Shown: positions 1 through 12,323 of the stretch, piece by piece | Position numbering within the stretch: the stretch's first letter is position 1 | How the letters are laid out: every line of letters begins with the position of its first letter | NCBI GenBank assembly: GCA_051362555.1 | Contig: CM120645.1 | Span: 18,972,001 to 19,036,000 of the forward strand | Source: Lingula anatina | Lineage: Eukaryota; Animalia; Brachiopoda | DNA length: 64,000 nucleotides | Direction: 5' to 3' | Made by a program: the position numbers and the translations under genes | Notes under the pieces: model-generated | Database searches by the model: none | Told to the model about the DNA's origin: nothing | What the model saw: only the letters and a program-made list of their open reading frames with translations

Positions 1-212
1 TCGATCTATCTCCAAGGGGATTCTAGGTTAATTGCAATTAACTTAAGCAGCTTAGATGTTTGAAACAACCACTGAAGCTGTTAGGGATAATTAATTAGTG
101 TTTTGCAGCTTCAGTAGGCGTGCCAGACATCTAAGCCGCTTAAGCTGAAAGCAATTAAACGTGAAACCCCTTGGAGTTGGATCGATCCTGGTATCTAGGT
201 ATGGGAACCCAG
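1..212. mobile_element. Palindromic MITE-like element (family P), truncated by window start
   Basis: Fold-back structure (tcgatctatctccaagggg ... ccccttggagttggatcga; ttaagcagcttagatgt ... acatctaagccgcttaa). Shares motifs (tagggataattaa, cgtgaaacccc, gatcgatc) with copies at 48107-48332 and 58964-59176. Confidence 0.6.
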
Positions 213-802
213 TCATAGCTAAAGCTCTCAGGTTTTGCACGTCCCGATAGCTGTAATATGCTAGATTATCAGGAGTTTATGTACGAATACTGATTTTAAT
301 TCAAACAGTTGCGTAGAAATAGAACGCTATACATTTGGTGCAAACCGTAACGCTTATTCCTAAGGAAAAAGTATGCGAGGTGCGTCGTGACGTCCCTCGG
401 TTGCATTTGGGAAGCTGCGGCACGATTTTTCATGAGAAAGACTTCGTAGCTTATACAACTGTTAATTAAAATGCAGATTATAGTAGATTCGATAATCAAA
501 ATGTCATTAACTAGAGAGACTATTTTGAATTGGACGAGCTGATCACAGTGAGAAGCCGAATCTTCTTTATTTTCATTTTAGTGGAATGATCTTATAATTG
601 CGTTAAAAACAATGGAATTTGATTGGTGTCAGGTTTTAAAGACAATAAGGAAGTGCCCAATCAAATTTATTCACCTTTTTTACTATGCCAATATGCATAC
701 CAGTGTGTGATGCATACAAATCAGAGGCGGGTACAGAGATATTTTCTGGCAGCCTTCTTTGTTCGTTCATCCTCCACTGCCCCATCCCTACCCTCCGCAC
801 GC

Positions 803-810
803 TCACACAC

Positions 811-849
<39 letters not shown>

Positions 850-855
850 TACACA
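803..855. repeat. (CA)n microsatellite
   Basis: Direct reading; it generates the THTHTH/VCVCVC pseudo-ORFs. Confidence 0.95.
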
Positions 856-3800
856 TTTATATTTATTGATTTATTTTATTTTCAAACACGTTTGGACTTA
901 CAAATATACAAATTTATTGAAAAGAAAGTAATCCTTGAATTCAAATGTCAAATGTATCCAGTGTTTGCCACTTATGAAAATAAGTTGCTGGTTCGAATGG
1001 GGAGCTTGTCCTAAAGGATGCTAGACCAAATATCCTACGAAACACCCGATCAAAACATCCGACCAAACATCCTTTCTACGACCACAGCGATGCCAGTTTC
1101 ATGGTCGCACAAAGGACGCAGAAAAGACGCCGTCCAGAGAAGGGGTTTTACAGATATTAGTTTTATGCGTTCAATACATCCTGAAATAAGAACATGCATT
1201 GCATAAGTCGTTTAAACAAAAGATGTCCTGAGAGACATTGCTCAGCCGACTTTTTCAACACTACGTCTTTGGCGCAAAAAGACATTGAATGAATAACAAC
1301 TATTCATTTTGACCAAATATGGATTTTCTTGAGGTAATCGACTATTTTTCCGTATTTACGAATGGTTGATGAATCCGTTCCGACATTCACAGTCGGTCCC
1401 TTTTTAAATAAAAAGTTGTGGTTATTTGTTAAAGTCTCTTAAGATATTATAACAGAGGGTAGACAACTATGAAGGTAACGTGGTCCGATGGAAAGCGAAG
1501 ATTCCAGAATAATTGCAACAATAGCCCTTAAAGAATTTATTATATTTCTATAAGTTAACAATGTATTAACTGAGAAATATGAATCTCATACCAAGAGTTT
1601 TTTATCCTTAAAAGATAGAGAGAGGGGGTATAAAATAATAGTAAATCTTTAAATTTGTGTTATTCAAAGGTAATTTATACGAATCATTGCTCGACCCGTC
1701 CGTGTATTAGGATTCGATATTTTATCCAATCTTTGATTTCATAATTTATTTCTAAATGACTGGCCAGTGATTTACAACAACATCTGCCTTCCTTGCTGGT
1801 ACCCCCAAAATGCACGTACCGGGCATGTCTTCCTTTTCACTGTATGGCACAGTACACTTTTGAGTACTGACACAGTCTACTTAAACAAAAAAATAGACAC
1901 TATCTCTTTGATTTGAATGACATAAAATACTCATAGAAAGGGGCAGAGGATGGGGTTTGGGTGGGGTGAAGAATTCCTTCTTCAAGCCTGGAAAAAATTT
2001 TCCTCGTTATGCTTTAGCTTTTTTCAGTTGACTAGCAGTTATATCCGTATAATATATAAGTATAATAGCATAAAAATTATATATTCAAGGGAACATTCAA
2101 TCAACTACATTTTTCTCGTGTTGTTTTTTAGAATTATTTCAACTGTTAGAATTATTCCTATATATATATATTTACGAGGCATAAAAATGGGCGTGTTCCC
2201 CACGCATCCAGCTCTAAAGACTGACGAGACTGGAAAAAGTGACGGGAGTACCCCCCCCCCCCCCCCCCCCCTTTATCCACCCAATCCTGCCCCTTGTTCC
2301 TTTAACACTATCGTTACCTTGTTCATATCCCGCATCTACTAGTATCTACTGCGAAACAGTTAACGCGGTCTGCAACATTTCGGGGAGAGACAGATCAAAT
2401 ATAGTCTGCTACAATGTTACAAAGTTTTAAGTCGCAAAACTGGAAAAGTTGATCAATCTTTTGCCCTTTAAAGAAATTCTCAAAATAATCTGCATTTCAG
2501 TTGTTCCAAGGGGTCCCAAATATTTTGCTGGCATCTTGATAATTCTTTTACGTGTGTTTTCCCCAAAACCGTCCTTACCCAAGATATCGATAATCGTATG
2601 GGATTTTTATACAGGCAATTGACCTACTTTGGGCAAGTGCAGTTTTCTGGGCTATTTTACAATTTTATGACTTGGGCGTGGAAACGTGATTCACGTCTGT
2701 GATATGAAAGTTTGTTTTTCTTACAATGATGCCCTTAACAAACAGCACGTGTCGATGAAATCTTTCAAAGTTTTTTAACATTGGTTTTAAAAGATAATGG
2801 GAATGTGTCAACAACCCAAGATCAAGAAAAAATACTGCGTTTTTCTCTTATATGCAAATTAGATTGCCTTGGGTAATAAACTGGCCGGAAGTAATGTACA
2901 TATCTGTAACGAGGCTGGTGCAACCATAATCTAAATGACGCTGCAAACTGAGATATCAGCGGGAAGGCAATCAGACTTTTGCATTTTGGGAGATTTTAAA
3001 GAGATACAAAAAAAATCAGAATCACAAGTGGATTCAAAAGTTTTATTATAAAGATTTTTAATTAAGATTTAGTCTGTAAACAAACAAAGCTAAAATTATC
3101 TGAATTTACAAATTTACAAAGAGAAGTGTCTGGTTTTCTTATACTTACATATACATTCACAAATGAATTAAATCCAGTGAAACATACATGTGTTTGTACT
3201 GGCCAAGGCCCCAGCCAACTAAATAACATATTCTCACAAGAATTATTATAAGCCGTATAATATATAAGTAATAGCAAAAAAGTGAAACTACAATCAAATA
3301 CCTCTTCGCATGAGATTTTTAAAAATATTTCTACTTTTAACATTTATGATTTATTCCATATACAACATACATACATACAAACCAAAAAAGTACTTTCAAC
3401 ACTCAGCGTGTAGTGTGCGTCAAAAGTTTTAAGTTATTAAAATATATATTTGCGTATATATACGTAAATTACATAGTGTAAATAATATATTTTTAAAATA
3501 CGCTTTCATGTGAAAGGGGATGTATTTGTCCCATCAAACAATTATGTCTCCAAACATTGCTGTGTATTTTAAATTTTTTAATTCTTAGCCGAAAATTTTA
3601 TTCAAAATCTGGAACACAAACGTACCTGTCTGTTTTGCAGCTTTACATTATGGAAAAGAAAACTCTCAGAATAGTATTGTCATATTTTTTGGACATCTCA
3701 GGGATTATTTACGGCACACTAAAATTGTTCTTCGTAGCAAATTTTGATGGGTGAAGAAAACGGGTTATTGTGCGTTACCATCGTTTCTATTTTCAACTTC

Positions 3801-4455
3801 AGTACTAAGTATGATCTCCCGTACACGTGAACTATACAAATCGTTCAATTTCGGGCTTTAAGTGCCTGAAAATTACTCTGCTCTTCATAAAACAACAAGC
3901 TAAGGGTGAAAAGAAAGCAGAGTTGAGCCCTAAATGACCATCTATCTAGCTAGAGACATACATGTATCTGTGAATATCTGTAAAAAATCTATCACTCGCC
4001 CTGGTAGAGGGTATGTTTAAGTTCAAGTTCACACTTTGAAAATGCCCGAATGAGCATTGTCGCCCTATTCATTCTTTTAGCATTCTTTAGAAAGAAGTTA
4101 TCTCCAACTTTCAACTTCAGCAAATTTCACCAAATTAATCATACGGACATGTGTTGTATTTCCTTCCCGTTTCAGAACATAATTAGTCTCCAAGTCTCCT
4201 GTTCTCTGATATTAATAAAAATTACATTCCAGATTTACATTTTTACTGTGGCCTTTTAACTGATGCTGGTCCCTGATATGTCTTTAAAATGACGCAAGTT
4301 ATTATAACATATGGTCAACTTAATCATTTAGGGGATCGGAAATCTTATAGCCAAAAGCGACACTTTGCTGTTCATTTGAACATGGACAAAATTACGTTAT
4401 GTCCAAGATTGGTGTATATATGTATATACACTTTCCCCTAGGAGCAAAATAAATA

Positions 4456-4601
4456 CCCTGAGTGTCAGAGCAACGTAAAAGCTAGCTTGTTAAATATACC
4501 TTGTGATGGAGTCGCTTTTACTAGTATTTACCGGCATTGCTGATATGGGTTATATATGAAATCAAGATCGAGCTGGCAATACCGGAATCTAGAACCTAGG
4601 G
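4456..4601 (+). mobile_element. ~145-bp non-autonomous DNA element, copy 1 (CCCT...AGGG ends, TA flanks)
   Basis: Near-identical reverse-complement copy at 15398-15538. Both copies are bounded by ta|ccct...aggg|ta. Confidence 0.8.
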
Positions 4602-5484
4602 TAAAAATAAACGGCTTATCCTGAAATTCAGTCTTCTCTGTTGGGTATCAAACTCTCACTTGCTGTTAAGCTCAAGATAAGCTACAGTCCCAGGAATGAA
4701 GACGGAAGTTCTACATACTTTCAGATGTAAATTCCTGGCAACTGTGCAAGCGACCAAGGATAGTGTATGTGATACACAAACTTAATTGCTTCCTTTTAAT
4801 CAATTATCCAAGGCTCTTGGTTCCAATAAGAGTTTATTTTAGCTCAAGTTGTATTGTTTTAAAAGATTTTAGTTAGTTTACAGACGGTGCGGTCAAAATA
4901 GCCACTGTTGATACCAATTGTTTAGGACAAAAATACCAACGAACCGACGTTTTACTCACCAATTATGTCACTTTGGTAAAGTGTTTTAAAGCTTTACAAC
5001 CTGAAAAAATGATTTTTTTGACAATTCTTCGCTTAACTATGGTACCATGCATGTCTCCGATCGAGAGGTGCAGCATTTTTCTGGGCTTTCAGTCTAAAAC
5101 AGTCGTTTTTCAAATCATTTTGGATAGAGCTTGCGGTTCAAGGTTACCAATACCTGACTTTTTATTAACCTAAGTACTGCATAAAGACCACAAGCCTGAT
5201 ATACAACGAAAAGAAAAACAAAATAAATCTTCTTTCCTCTTTCCCGTATCCTCATGAGATTTTTAAACAACATTTAAGCACCTTTAGGGTTTTCACCTAT
5301 CACCTAAGGGTAATCGCCTAAGGTTTCGGGGTCTGCCACCGCCCTGCCCCCTTTCCCGATACTCTTACTGATATGGAACATTTTTTTATGTAACCAACAT
5401 GAATGATGACTGACAGGTTATAGTACCCAGACCACAGTGGTCCATCTTAGAGAATTTTAGTATAATACCGAGTATAGCCCCCAG

Positions 5485-5487
<3 letters not shown>

Positions 5488-5561
<74 letters not shown>
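5488..5561. repeat. (TA)n microsatellite
   Basis: Direct reading. Confidence 0.95.
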
Positions 5562-5564
<3 letters not shown>

Positions 5565-7346
5565 CAATGCGTTAACAAAAATGAAGGTGAAGGCAAATGT
5601 CTAATACACATACCTTTAAGATGACAACTGTATACTTTTGTATTTTAGATTTAATAATATTTATGTTGATACCTTGTAGGAAGGAAGCAGACGTTTTTCC
5701 AAACAAGGTGAGCATTTCAGACAAGGGAAGTAGTATTTTCCCTAGACAACCCTCAGCTTCGGATCTTATACATTTAATTTCTCATTTTAGATGATTGCAT
5801 TGAAAAGGCGACCAAGATTGATTCATGTAAATAAAGGAGTGTAAAAACATTGTATAAAACAGCCATCAGACTTGTTATATACATGCATTTGAAAAAATAC
5901 CCTTATCTGATCTTCCACATAATATTTCAGCCACTGTGAGGTTTAAGGTATTTGATGCAATTTATTGTTTAGATAACTTTTATCTATAACCTCACAGAAA
6001 AAAGATAATCAGTAAATTTCAAAGAATTATCAAAAAAATGGCACATTTTCAGGTAAACCCATCACTTGTTTATCTCTGGTTATTTCTACCGGTGTTTTTC
6101 TGTTTGATGTTTGGTACCGTCACCGGTAAATATTGACATTCGTCCTCTTGATACTAGTAATTCTGCGAGTTGTCGATATCATCGCTGCTTTATTTATTTA
6201 TTTAAGTTTAAATGGCACGCTTTCTTTTATTTCACTTTGCTTAAATATGCTTCCATGTGTCTGTCTTCATTATTTCTATTTTTATTTATTCATTTACACA
6301 CACATGTACTTATCATCGTCAAGTACTCAAGATCTCTTATTTTAAACCTCAGAGTACAACTTAAAGCAGACATGTACCTATCTGGCTTCCACAAATTGTC
6401 TTCGCCGATAGGTATTTTTGGCGGCGATATTATACATACAGAGCTAATAATGGAGCGAAAAGAGGTTGAATGTTAATGATAAGTTCATTTACATGTAATT
6501 GATTGTTGGAAACAGTAGGGTGCTAAAGATCCTTTGAAACAAGTACCTATTTATAGTACCACCAATGGCCTACTAGATAGGACTTGTCTCTGATCTGTGC
6601 CGTGATCTCCAGGAGATGGCTGATAAGTCAGCGACCGCTTGTAAGACTGTGCATAGAGGTCTGTCAGTACTGCATTTGTACACAGTGAAAAGTGATCACC
6701 ACGCAAAATGATGATTTCTAATGAAAACCAGTTCATCTCATAAGCTTCAAAAGCTACATGTGCCACTGAATTGATTACGTTTTCAACTTAAAACGCCAAA
6801 ATTCTTAAACTTTCGAGCACTACTGATTACGGCGGCCGTTTTTTTACAGAGGATGTGTGCCTGGATTGTTACCATTTTAAGTGCCTTGCATTGTAAGTTG
6901 TTTGTTTTGAATGTGGCCGAGAAAATATTTTATACATGTTTACCATTTCACACACAGAGTTAATTTAGGGAGTAGGAAACATCATTACCCCAGGAACTAG
7001 TGTGTGGGTCTGGCTTCTATTTTTCAGTATTTCATAAAACGTTTCCCCCCGAGAGAAAAAATGTCTGCAATATGTGCAGTATAAGATTATCATATAATCA
7101 ATATCCATATGTTAATAAAAATGTAGATAACTAGTAGTAGCGGAGATGGTGCTCTTTATTATTATCATTTTTGCCCCCCCCCAAAAAAAAAAAGTAGAAA
7201 AGATACAAAAAGATTACCGCATGAAAGAAAAGAGACAATATTCACTAATTAGATATCTGGTAGTTAACTCATTTTATTAACTAAAAGGAATAATACTTTA
7301 AGGGAACAAATGATAACTTATTTGCTTACCTAATTAATTTCATTAA

Positions 7347-7683
7347 AGGGATAATAACTCTTCGTATGAGATCTATATTTCACAATAAAAACATAGTGAA
7401 TAACTCATAGAAATATAATATATTCTGTTTTACCACAAAAACGGCAGTTATAGCTATTATTCTGATATCTGAGCTTGTCTTTAGACCACGTGACCTCCAT
7501 TGATGGCTATACTCTGTTATAATCTCTTAAGAGATTTTAACAAAAAACCAAACTTTTTAGAAAAAAACCAGGGACTAACTTTGAATGTAAAAATGGATTC
7601 ATTAACCATTGGTAAGTATGGGAAAATTGTTGTTTACTCCAGGAAAATTAATTTTTTGGCCAAAACAAAGAGTTATTACCCCT
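7347..7683 (+). mobile_element. TTAA-targeting MITE (Kolobok-like), copy 1
   Basis: TTAA|agggataataactc ... gagttattacccct|TTAA. Reverse-complement copy at 51701-52024. TTAA TSD with AG...CT termini fits the Kolobok superfamily. Confidence 0.8.
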
Positions 7684-9629
7684 TTAATAGTTACATAAAT
7701 GTACCTACCCAACTTAAGCGTGCAGTTCTATACCGTTTTACTGAACTTAATATTTAATCATCCTATACAGAAAATGTTTAGGAGACGCGTATTTCTGTGA
7801 ATATGTCCAAAAACGCCATCAGTCTCTGCATGGCTTCTTGCTTTGCTTTGCTTGTTTGTGATCCTGACAAGTGAAAAACAAATAGACTTAATACAATTCC
7901 ATTAAATCACACGCAAATAAAGTCACGGTGCACTCTATATGATTTGATTTTCTAACTTGCAATACAGGGAGAGATCAGTGGGCTTCTCAATAGCTTTTAA
8001 GCTGCATTTGAAAATTAAGTGTTTGCAATTATGAAATTTGACTATTTGTTTACTGCCCTTCTTTCCCTGTACATTCTCAGTTTTCGAGATCATTGCTGAA
8101 CAGCTATTGTAAAATTGCGTAATCATAGAAAAGTATCTCAGAGATTGGACATTGCTATATTATATCAAAAAGCTTGCCCGTGGAATTGTCTCCTAAAATT
8201 CTAGTCTTCATCATCAGCATTAATCGACATTTCGAAGATTATCATCTTCAGGCCTTCTTATTTTGAACCATGCTGGCCCTATAGACGCCTACTTTCAGCA
8301 TATTAACATACGTATTCTGCAAATCAAACCTCTACGCGTCACACCAGACGCAATTTCAAAAGAAAGATGTGGGTGTTTCAAAACTAATATTTATATTTAA
8401 AACTTTGAATATAGGCGAATCGCGTTCTTCTCAATCACAGTCTATCCTGTAATCATCCGAAACAAGAATTCACTTTCAAACTTAGTTAGACTGGACTTTT
8501 CCTAGTGAACATCTACATTTGTAGCAAAAAGTGCCTCTCTTAGGCAATTGTCTTTGTACCTTTTGCTGATCAGAGACTTTTGCAAGTCACGATAACTCAG
8601 AAGCCACAGTTGATGTTTTGTGGTTACCTTACTGATCTCAGTTTAGAAGAAAACTATAGCTACTTTGCCGCTGTGTATACCACAAATGAACAAATATTCC
8701 TGTCAAGGGCGTACTTAAAGCGCGTCTGGGCATACTTCAACGAGGCAAGGGCTATTCTTTGACTTCGCGGGTGTAAATACACGCGCGACAGAGAAACGGT
8801 CCTTGTGAAACTCACTGGCTTTTCAAACATGTTTGCTAGACTGATTGCCAAGTCCAGAGACGTTTTTGAAGATGTGAACTAATATTTAATCCTACGTATA
8901 AACGACTTTGGCGTGAGTGTGAGAATAGCTTTGAGTCTACGGATACTGTATATAGAAAAGGAAATATAGGAAGCACATCATCTACAGGCAATTAAAAAAA
9001 GTCAAATATAACTACTGTCATCGTTTTTGCACTGCTTTATAGAAAACATCTAGAAATATTACACGTCGATTTGGATATCATAAAACCAAAGCTTTTGAAA
9101 AATTCTTAGAACAAGACCTTTTTTTCGAACCTAAATTATAGGTTGTGGTTGAACTCGATATTTTCAGTCGTGCAGTAGGGAAGATAGACAATAAGACGTA
9201 AATCGCTGCGGTTATACATAGTCAAAATTGAATGCAGCATCTGCAACGATAAGAGTGACATTTGAGATTTACAAGCTCCGTCCTACGTCCTTGAACTGAT
9301 TTCTACTTTGTTGTCTTCAAGTTGGGCAAATAGGATATCTAAAAAGAGACGACAGTCAGGCATATACTTTTTAAAATATATAGGCCCTATATATAACTCA
9401 TGGCACAGATATGTAAGGACCAGTATTAATATAATTGCATTTCTAGATGAAAATCTTAATTTGAAGTTCGAAAAAAGATTGTACTAGTACGTTACCTACA
9501 TTTTTACCCTCCCCCTCCTTTCAAAAAGAAAAGAAAGCAATGGTTGAGAAAAAACTATGCCCTTAAGTATGATAATTTCGTTAAATGCGTAATATTGTAG
9601 GGAGTATCTTTTCTCTGCCAATTAAAGAC

Positions 9630-9832
9630 ACACTGTCCGGAGGAAGAATACATTCAAGATCTTGTAACCTATGCTGATGTCTGTCTCTTCAGTTTTTGGA
9701 AATCTTTGCATCTTATTAAATTGTTTGTTTAAATTTCAAGGAAACTCTTTTTTTCTGTCACTCAAACAGTCACTGTCCGAAAATAGTGTTCATTCAAGAT
9801 CTTGCAACCTATACTGATGTGTGTCTCTTCAT
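9630..9832 (+). repeat. Degenerate local direct duplication (~60-bp core, ~140-bp spacing)
   Basis: cactgtccg...cattcaagatcttg(t/c)aaccta t(g/a)ctgatgt(c/g)tgtctcttca occurs twice. Confidence 0.75.
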
Positions 9833-11541
9833 GCAGTTCTTGGCACGCCTTGTGCAAGCCTTCGTGGAAGTCCCGGGGAACACCGAGGATGCGCAGATGA
9901 GATGCATAACGTCGTCTGAAAGCTATGCACAACGCCTACGCAACATCTGGCCCTCCCTTACCCGTCGCTGTAACCCAAACGTACGGCGCGATTTTCATGA
10001 CCTCGGCGTAACGGCACCCATGCGTCTAGCCAACAAATGACGCTTCTGCTATCTTATTCTGCTGCTTGGATGTATGCCATTTGTATATGTGATGACCAGC
10101 TCTGAAATAGTACAACAAAAGATAAAAGATATATTGCTTGCTTCATGACAAAAATTGCCATCTTTGGTATTAAACATTATTTACTCAACACACATAAAAT
10201 TGTGAGGACTTCTAACAAAAGGGTTTAAACCAACTGGATAGAATTATGCAATTCATATATACCCTTTCAAAGGTGGTATGAGGCAGATTAGTACGACTTA
10301 CTTCTATTTTTTTCTTTTTTTTTTTTTTGTATATTACTTCCAAACAATTTTTCACTGTCAGAAGAAAGCACAAGAGAGAAGTTCTAGAGTCACACATGCA
10401 ATCAATTCATTAGAGCTTTTCAACTTGAACACTTAATACAAAATGATGGGATTTTTCATCGCTGACGTTCTCAATTACTATGATTTCTCGCTCTCTAAGA
10501 GGAGAGAAGATATCGTATTTTGATATGAAAGATCTATTTCCCAACGCCCTCAGTAATTAATTTTCTAAGCCTGAAGTTCTTTTACCTTTAACTATCCTGC
10601 CGCCTCACCTTCGCACTCAACAGTGGTTTGGTTTGAATTGAAGCCCAGACAGCAGAACTTAGCCAAAAAAGGATGTCAAAGTGTAATACCAGCCTGTATT
10701 TCTATACTATACTTACTATAATTTTAAGAATAAAAATAAAAGGGAAATCTCAAGTGCTGTTGATAATCAATAAGTATTGAGGTGCCATTAAGCCCTTTGC
10801 TTGTATTAACACAGCCACGATTGGGGGATTATTTGTGCGCTTTTCCTAATGGATCTCCAAATCCTCATGAATACATGGGGTAGCAGTTTAACCGCCACCA
10901 CACAAAGGCACACTCCTGGTGTATTGACAAAGAGTGCGAACCTGAAACGACGCTGTATTTATTTCCCTCCGTTCTTGTTTGAATTAAACATGAACCGGTT
11001 AAGGCCCAGGTGTTATGTGGGGATAAAACGGATAAAGGAAATTGTTGAGGTTTTCATTGTGACAGTTTAATTTTACTAACTTATATTTTGCATTTTTAGA
11101 AGGATGGATATTGGGGCAGACAATAATAAAAGATGGAAGGCTTAAGCTCGGGTTACTTTAATGTCTGAATAAGAAGAGTAAATGACAAATAAAACATGCA
11201 ACCTGGTATAAAAATAGGTAAAATTGAATCACGGTACATATTTTATGTATGTTTCTCATATATATCGTGATTTTTTAAAAATCCTACTTTGTCATTTAAA
11301 AATACAGAAATAAGAATGTGACATGGAGATCGGAGCAGGCTGTTAATTCATCAAACTCGATTCGTTTTTATTTCTATGAGTTTGGTTCCATCCAAGTCTC
11401 TACGGTGTATCACATTCAAATTGATTTTATATGAGGAGATTACGTGTTTTAATGTGGTGCCTCGATATTAAGTGTCTCTCAGAGATTGTACGGCTTCTGA
11501 GTCATACACGTAGCTGCTATAGAGTGCTTGGTCACGAAAGA

Positions 11542-11544
<3 letters not shown>

Positions 11545-11588
<44 letters not shown>
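11545..11588. repeat. (CT)n microsatellite
   Basis: Direct reading. Confidence 0.95.
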
Positions 11589-11589
<1 letters not shown>

Positions 11590-12039
11590 AAGATGTCCAG
11601 TTATAACGCAATGCTTCTGATTAAGAATTGGTCCAGTATTTAAAGTAAACAAAGAGCGTTAGACCTTCATGTACACGGTAGCAAAGACATCGATGTTTCT
11701 TAAGAAATACAACATTTTTCCCTCAATCTCTTTAAAGGGTCAATAAAAAATAGAAAGTTAAAGCTAAATACGGGTTTATAGATTGTTGTTTTTTCAACAG
11801 CTTTAGATGATATATTCTTTAGTGATAAAGTCGAATTAGCTGAAACTTCCAGGAAAATTAATTTTTGCTTTATGAAGGTCTAAAAAGCACATAGATATTA
11901 TAGTATCCCCTATTTTCCCATATTTAACTCTTTCTTTGGATCGGGATTTAAACACGGACAGATATTTGTTCAGAAATTCTGTCTATTTAATTATTTGTTA
12001 TTTTTATAACCACCTCAAGGGTGAAAAACATAAAAGGTA

Positions 12040-12323
12040 CCCGCACGAAAATGCAGTAGTATCGAAGTAGCAAAGAAGCATTAACGCAGTAGTGGTGTGG
12101 AGCATATTTGCAGTAGAAATGCAGTATACCCTACTGCAATTCTACTTCAAAAATTACATAGGGTTGTACAGAGGAGGAGCATTAATGCAGTAGATTAGCA
12201 GCATGATAGAAGCATGTTTCAAATATGCTAATTAGCTCCCAATGCGAAGCAGATTTGAGGCATATTTGCAGTATGATTGCAGTAGTCTACTGCGCTGGAG
12301 CATCTACTGCGTTTTCGTGCGGG
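12040..12323 (+). mobile_element. 284-bp MITE, copy 1 (TIR CCCGCACGAAAA(T/C)GCAGTAG, TA TSD)
   Basis: ~20-bp terminal inverted repeats, TA on both sides, internal GCAGTAG/CTACTGC repeats. Same-length inverted copy at 23318-23601. Confidence 0.9.

Noticed and set aside
623-1014. ORFs with HTHTHT, VCVCVC, YIYIYI, ERERER or poly-F/P tracts here and elsewhere
   Set aside because: Translations of microsatellites and homopolymers.
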